Origin: an uncultured virus (IMG/VR IMGVR_UViG_3300024262_004725)
Lineage: Duplodnaviria > Heunggongvirae > Uroviricota > Caudoviricetes
Strand: one strand, 5' to 3'
Length of the DNA stretch: 20,000 bases
IMG/VR virus record: IMGVR_UViG_3300024262_004725
Positions 16,564-20,000 of this stretch are shown here, one piece after another (positions within the stretch are counted from its first letter, which is position 1; the number at the start of each line of letters is the position of its first letter). The notes beneath the pieces are model-generated. The model was not told the origin of the DNA. It searched no databases and was given only the letters and a program-made list of their open reading frames with translations. A program made the translations under genes and the position numbers.

Positions 16564-16899
16564 ATGCAAGAAGGTAGAAGAGTAATTGGAGGACGTAATG
16601 CAAATATTCATATAAGACATCCAAAATTTAATTATAGTACACGACGTCAGCAAACTACCTTTGAAATAGTAGTAGGTAATTCAAAACTAATTGGTCTTAT
16701 TGATATATATCACCCTCCTTTTGAAGAAGGATATGGATATAAAATTTTAGAAGTACCTGATAATAAAAGATGGGAACCTACATTATTAGAAAATTCAGGC
16801 CCTATTTTTAATAAAAGAGAAGATGCAACTCATGATGCTATTGAAATTGCAAAAGCAATATTTAATGAAAAAATTACATCAAGGGAACGTAATCCATAA
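16564..16899 (+). CDS. Hypothetical protein (111 aa)
   Basis: GGAG RBS; TAATG coupling to the next gene. Confidence 0.75.
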   Translation: MQEGRRVIGGRNANIHIRHPKFNYSTRRQQTTFEIVVGNSKLIGLIDIYHPPFEEGYGYKILEVPDNKRWEPTLLENSGPIFNKREDATHDAIEIAKAIFNEKITSRERNP

Positions 16900-17381
16900 T
16901 GGCTAAATATAAGACTATAATCTGGCACCCTCGTGGTAAAAAACGTGGAATTGTTGAAGAATTAGATGGAGATAAATTAGAAGAACTAGCAAGAGAGACA
17001 GTTCTTTTAATTAAATCTTTTCAAAGAGGTCGTCCATATCCAGTAGAAATTTTTAATATGGAAGGTTATGAACCTGTCTTAATTAATACCATGAAAGTTC
17101 AAGGTGACAGGTTTGATATGCAAGATAACTTTGAAAGAGCTAGAGCAGCTCAAGTACCTGTAAGAAGAACTACTCTTAGAAATTTAAATTTACCTATTGT
17201 ATTCACTGCTGATGATACACTAGATAAAAAGCTTACAAAAACAGACTTTAAAAGAGGGCGTAAGTTAAGACTTAAAATGAATCCAGGAGCAAAACCAAGA
17301 TTAATTCAAGAAGGAAGAAGAGAAAATTTTAGAGAATTAATTGATACTGAAGATTTTGAACCTGGTAGAGCAGATCAATAA
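16899..17381 (+). CDS. Hypothetical basic protein (160 aa)
   Basis: Coupled ORF; no family recognised. Confidence 0.78.
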   Translation: MAKYKTIIWHPRGKKRGIVEELDGDKLEELARETVLLIKSFQRGRPYPVEIFNMEGYEPVLINTMKVQGDRFDMQDNFERARAAQVPVRRTTLRNLNLPIVFTADDTLDKKLTKTDFKRGRKLRLKMNPGAKPRLIQEGRRENFRELIDTEDFEPGRADQ

Positions 17382-17401
17382 TCTAAAAAAGACGCATAAT
17401 T

Positions 17402-17905
17402 ATGACAATGTTAAATCCTATTATATTATATATTGACGGCGGAAGAAACAGTAAATTAGCAAAAAATCTATTAGAAAGTAGTGATAGATTTAATGAAGAT
17501 TTACTTATAAAAAGTAAAACAGAAAAAACCACTGTATTTATTTATCCAGCCATTCAATATGGCGATAAAATAATCAGTGGTTTAGATGGTATTATAGATG
17601 TAGTCAGTAAATCAGCAAAAGGAAACTCTTTAGAAGATATATTTAATTTTAAAAAACAATACAAAACTGAAACATCAAAAGTAAAAGAGCGCGAAAAACT
17701 CGCCTTAGCTTTTGGTTTTATATTAGGTGGGATGTATCTACATGTTGTAGGTGGTTTATTTGCAATTACTTCTTTTATTGGAGTATTAATTGCTTTAATC
17801 TTTCCACTTATCCTTACCGTTGCATGGCCTCATATCTGGCCATCAATTAAAAAAGAGCTTAAAAATGTAAGAGTTAGATCACTTAGTGATATGGGAAAAG
17901 ATTAA
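17402..17905 (+). CDS. Membrane protein with possible Cys-less glutaredoxin-like N-terminal domain
   Basis: IILYIDGGRNSKLAKNLLE...YPAIQYGDKIISGLDGI, then 2 TM segments. Confidence 0.55.
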   Translation: MTMLNPIILYIDGGRNSKLAKNLLESSDRFNEDLLIKSKTEKTTVFIYPAIQYGDKIISGLDGIIDVVSKSAKGNSLEDIFNFKKQYKTETSKVKEREKLALAFGFILGGMYLHVVGGLFAITSFIGVLIALIFPLILTVAWPHIWPSIKKELKNVRVRSLSDMGKD

Positions 17906-18273
17906 TGGTTAACAATATCAGAATTCCAATAAAGATTTATATCGAAGTAGACAAAGAAAAAGGATGGGGATTAATAATTTTATATCCCTTATCTCAAACT
18001 TTAGTTAGTCAAACTTCAAAGCGAATTGCTTCTTATGAAGATATCGAATTTTCTTTAATATCTATTCTTAAAAAGAAGATACAAAATAGTATTAAAGGTA
18101 TTGAAATTAATTTCGTTTCAGAAGAATTTGATATTGACAAAGAAAAACTAGAACAAAGTTTAATGCATCAATTACAAATCCAATGGAATGATATAGAACA
18201 GAAAGAAAAAAAGCAACACAAGCAGTTCGAAATTATCAGTAACAAAATAGATTATATAAATAAGGCAGCTTAA
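17905..18273 (+). CDS. Hypothetical protein, possible degenerate RNase H-like fold
   Basis: IKIYIE...GWGLII...IEFSLISIL...IEINFVSE...IQW pattern; TAATG coupling. Confidence 0.5.
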   Translation: MVNNIRIPIKIYIEVDKEKGWGLIILYPLSQTLVSQTSKRIASYEDIEFSLISILKKKIQNSIKGIEINFVSEEFDIDKEKLEQSLMHQLQIQWNDIEQKEKKQHKQFEIISNKIDYINKAA

Positions 18274-18281
18274 ATTTAAAA

Positions 18282-18845
18282 ATGTCAATTCAATTAACTT
18301 CATTTGACGCTATGCATGACTTAATGAAAGATAAAATTACCAAAGATGATATCACCATAATAAGTGGTAATGGTGGTTTTGCAGCTATGTCTGATCATTT
18401 TGCAGGCGAATTAATTCCATTAGGTTATCCAATTGTTGCAACTTCTAGCTTAGCTACAATAACAGCAATAGCCAATGATCACTCATATAATGAAACAATA
18501 ATTAAATATATATGTGCATTTATACCTAAAAATATAATTTTAATGACAACAAGCGGAACATCTTCTAATGTTATGGAAGCTCTAGAATTCATAGGACGAA
18601 GAATTCCGCATGTAGATGTATGGTTAATTTCAGGATCATCACCTAAATTATTAACTCCAACAGATGAAATGTATAAAAGTAGTAAACATTTAAATCTTTG
18701 GGTTCATAAACCAGCAGCTTATGGAGAAGATGAATCAGATAAAGATACAATAACTGCAAGAAGACAAGAATCTACATTAAGATTATTACATGAAATTTAT
18801 CTTTCTATAAAAAGAAAAGAGGAAAGAGAAATAGAAAGTGACTAA
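18282..18845 (+). CDS. gmhA: SIS-domain phosphoheptose (sedoheptulose-7-phosphate) isomerase
   Basis: GNGG.AA...HFAGEL, TAIAND, TTSGTSSNV, TARRQE....LLH; His/Glu/Gln/His active-site residues appear to be retained. Confidence 0.85.
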   Translation: MSIQLTSFDAMHDLMKDKITKDDITIISGNGGFAAMSDHFAGELIPLGYPIVATSSLATITAIANDHSYNETIIKYICAFIPKNIILMTTSGTSSNVMEALEFIGRRIPHVDVWLISGSSPKLLTPTDEMYKSSKHLNLWVHKPAAYGEDESDKDTITARRQESTLRLLHEIYLSIKRKEEREIESD

Positions 18846-19029
18846 AAGAAAGTTTTATTGGGCACTTTTTGTATTCTCTATTTTTATGTTAGGGAATATA
18901 ATTGTTGCATTTATTATGCAACCTAAATTAATAATAGATCCTACTACAATAATATTAGCTGTTCTATTTTTATACACTTTTAACTTTACAAGATTGAATC
19001 TATTTAATGAAAATCCCAAATCTAAATAA
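18838..19029 (+). CDS. Small membrane protein (2 TM)
   Basis: GTG start overlapping the gmhA end; two hydrophobic stretches. Confidence 0.62.
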   Translation: MTKRKFYWALFVFSIFMLGNIIVAFIMQPKLIIDPTTIILAVLFLYTFNFTRLNLFNENPKSK

Positions 19030-19495
19030 CTATTTAGGGCAATTAGGAGAGTATCTTGTACAATACTCCCCAAAAATAATTGCTTATAAATATATAACAG
19101 GAACTACAGTTTTAGATGGACACCCTGCTTTACACGGATTTACTAATATAGACATTACAGAACATCTAGATTTACTATTTTTAATACCAAATAAAAGCAG
19201 TGCAAAATTAATTAAAGTAATAGAAGTTAAAACTACAAGAAATAAAACAAAGAAAAGTTTTCAATTAAATGGACAATGTGGAAAATCTTTAGAAAAAGTA
19301 TTAAAACAAGGAGATATAGAAGTTGAATTAGCCGTAGTAAGATTAAAGAATTATGCTCCTTTATACGATATATCTAAAAAAAGTGGTTTCTCAGCAGAAA
19401 CTATAAGATTAATAGAACACCCAGAATTGTATACAATAGAATATTATACAAAAAAGCAGTTAAAAATCACTAATAAAAGTATAAAAATCATATGA
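19007..19495 (+). CDS. PD-(D/E)XK-superfamily nuclease-like protein
   Basis: N-terminal LGQLGE helix, LDLL, IEVKT. Confidence 0.65.
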   Translation: MKIPNLNNYLGQLGEYLVQYSPKIIAYKYITGTTVLDGHPALHGFTNIDITEHLDLLFLIPNKSSAKLIKVIEVKTTRNKTKKSFQLNGQCGKSLEKVLKQGDIEVELAVVRLKNYAPLYDISKKSGFSAETIRLIEHPELYTIEYYTKKQLKITNKSIKII

Positions 19496-19908
19496 AATTA
19501 GAACAAATAATGTCTAGTTTTCTTTATATGCTATTTCATATTATAAGATATCACTATAAATTAGCTATAATCGCATTAGCACCAGGCCTAATTATACGTT
19601 TTTTTCTTAATGGCGACACGGATATTGAAAAAACAGCACAAAGTATGTCATATATTGTGTCAGGAATGTTATCAATTTTCATAATCCAGACTGCATCAGC
19701 ACATTATAAGCACACTTTATTAGGTTATTTCATACAATATCAAAAGATTAATGCTCTTACAGGGTGTAAAGATACTAAAAAAGTAATAAATACCCTAGCA
19801 AATGATATAAAAACAGGCAAAACTATAACACAAATCAAAAGAGAAGGACAAAAAGACTATGATTCTCAGCTTATTTTCTCCAAAATCATCAATAAAAAAG
19901 ATAAATAA
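19492..19908 (+). CDS. Hypothetical membrane protein (138 aa)
   Basis: ATGA overlap; 2 hydrophobic segments and a basic C-terminus. Confidence 0.68.
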   Translation: MKLEQIMSSFLYMLFHIIRYHYKLAIIALAPGLIIRFFLNGDTDIEKTAQSMSYIVSGMLSIFIIQTASAHYKHTLLGYFIQYQKINALTGCKDTKKVINTLANDIKTGKTITQIKREGQKDYDSQLIFSKIINKKDK

Positions 19909-20000
19909 TAACATTTTTTATAAGTTTTATACATATATAATAGTAGTACAATGTGATGACATTGCTTATAACCTATTGTACTTCCTGTCCCTGCCTTTCC

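Noticed and set aside
1155..16899. Possible paralogy between 1155..1445 and 16564..16899 (Q..F.I......IG...I; C-terminal helix ending FN)
   Set aside because: The similarity is too weak to assert without profile alignment.
8597..19073. Minus-strand or nested ORFs 8597..8791, 10741..10935, 11752..11952, 12813..13001, 12886..13152, 12973..13230, 13902..14099, 18855..19073
   Set aside because: They are antisense to or inside better + strand genes in a uniformly + strand region.
1..20000. tRNA, rRNA, intron, intein or transposase
   Set aside because: No cloverleaf, rRNA-like GC-rich tract, split gene, intein motif or transposase ORF was recognised, and the intergenic spaces are too short.

Overview
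An AT-rich window (by eye under about 30% GC) packed with about 42 genes, all on the + strand. Many are short, overlap stop/start codons (TAATG, ATGA) and have AAGGA/AGGAG ribosome-binding sites. Two sigma70-type promoters are present. The layout fits a large bacteriophage or other large extrachromosomal element of a bacterial host, although no capsid, terminase or integrase gene is visible. Nucleotide and DNA genes: the 3' part of a class II ribonucleotide reductase (nrdJ), a divergent ThyX-family protein, a DUF1599/Nmad1-like protein, a tail-less SSB and a PD-(D/E)XK nuclease. Scattered among small orphan genes is a near-complete lipid-carrier glycosylation toolkit: a DUF2723/TMEM260-like GT-C transferase, a Wzy_C/O-antigen-ligase-like protein, a GtrA flippase, a polyprenol-phosphate GT2 fused to a hexapeptide acyltransferase, an NDP-sugar epimerase, a perosamine-synthase-like aminotransferase, and the heptose enzymes HddA and GmhA. 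Non-coding signals include an AGGGGTCA box at the same distance upstream of both -35 elements, a terminator hairpin overlapping a -10 box, and an exact 25-bp direct repeat bracketing one gene. All family calls come from motif recognition by eye, not database searches.
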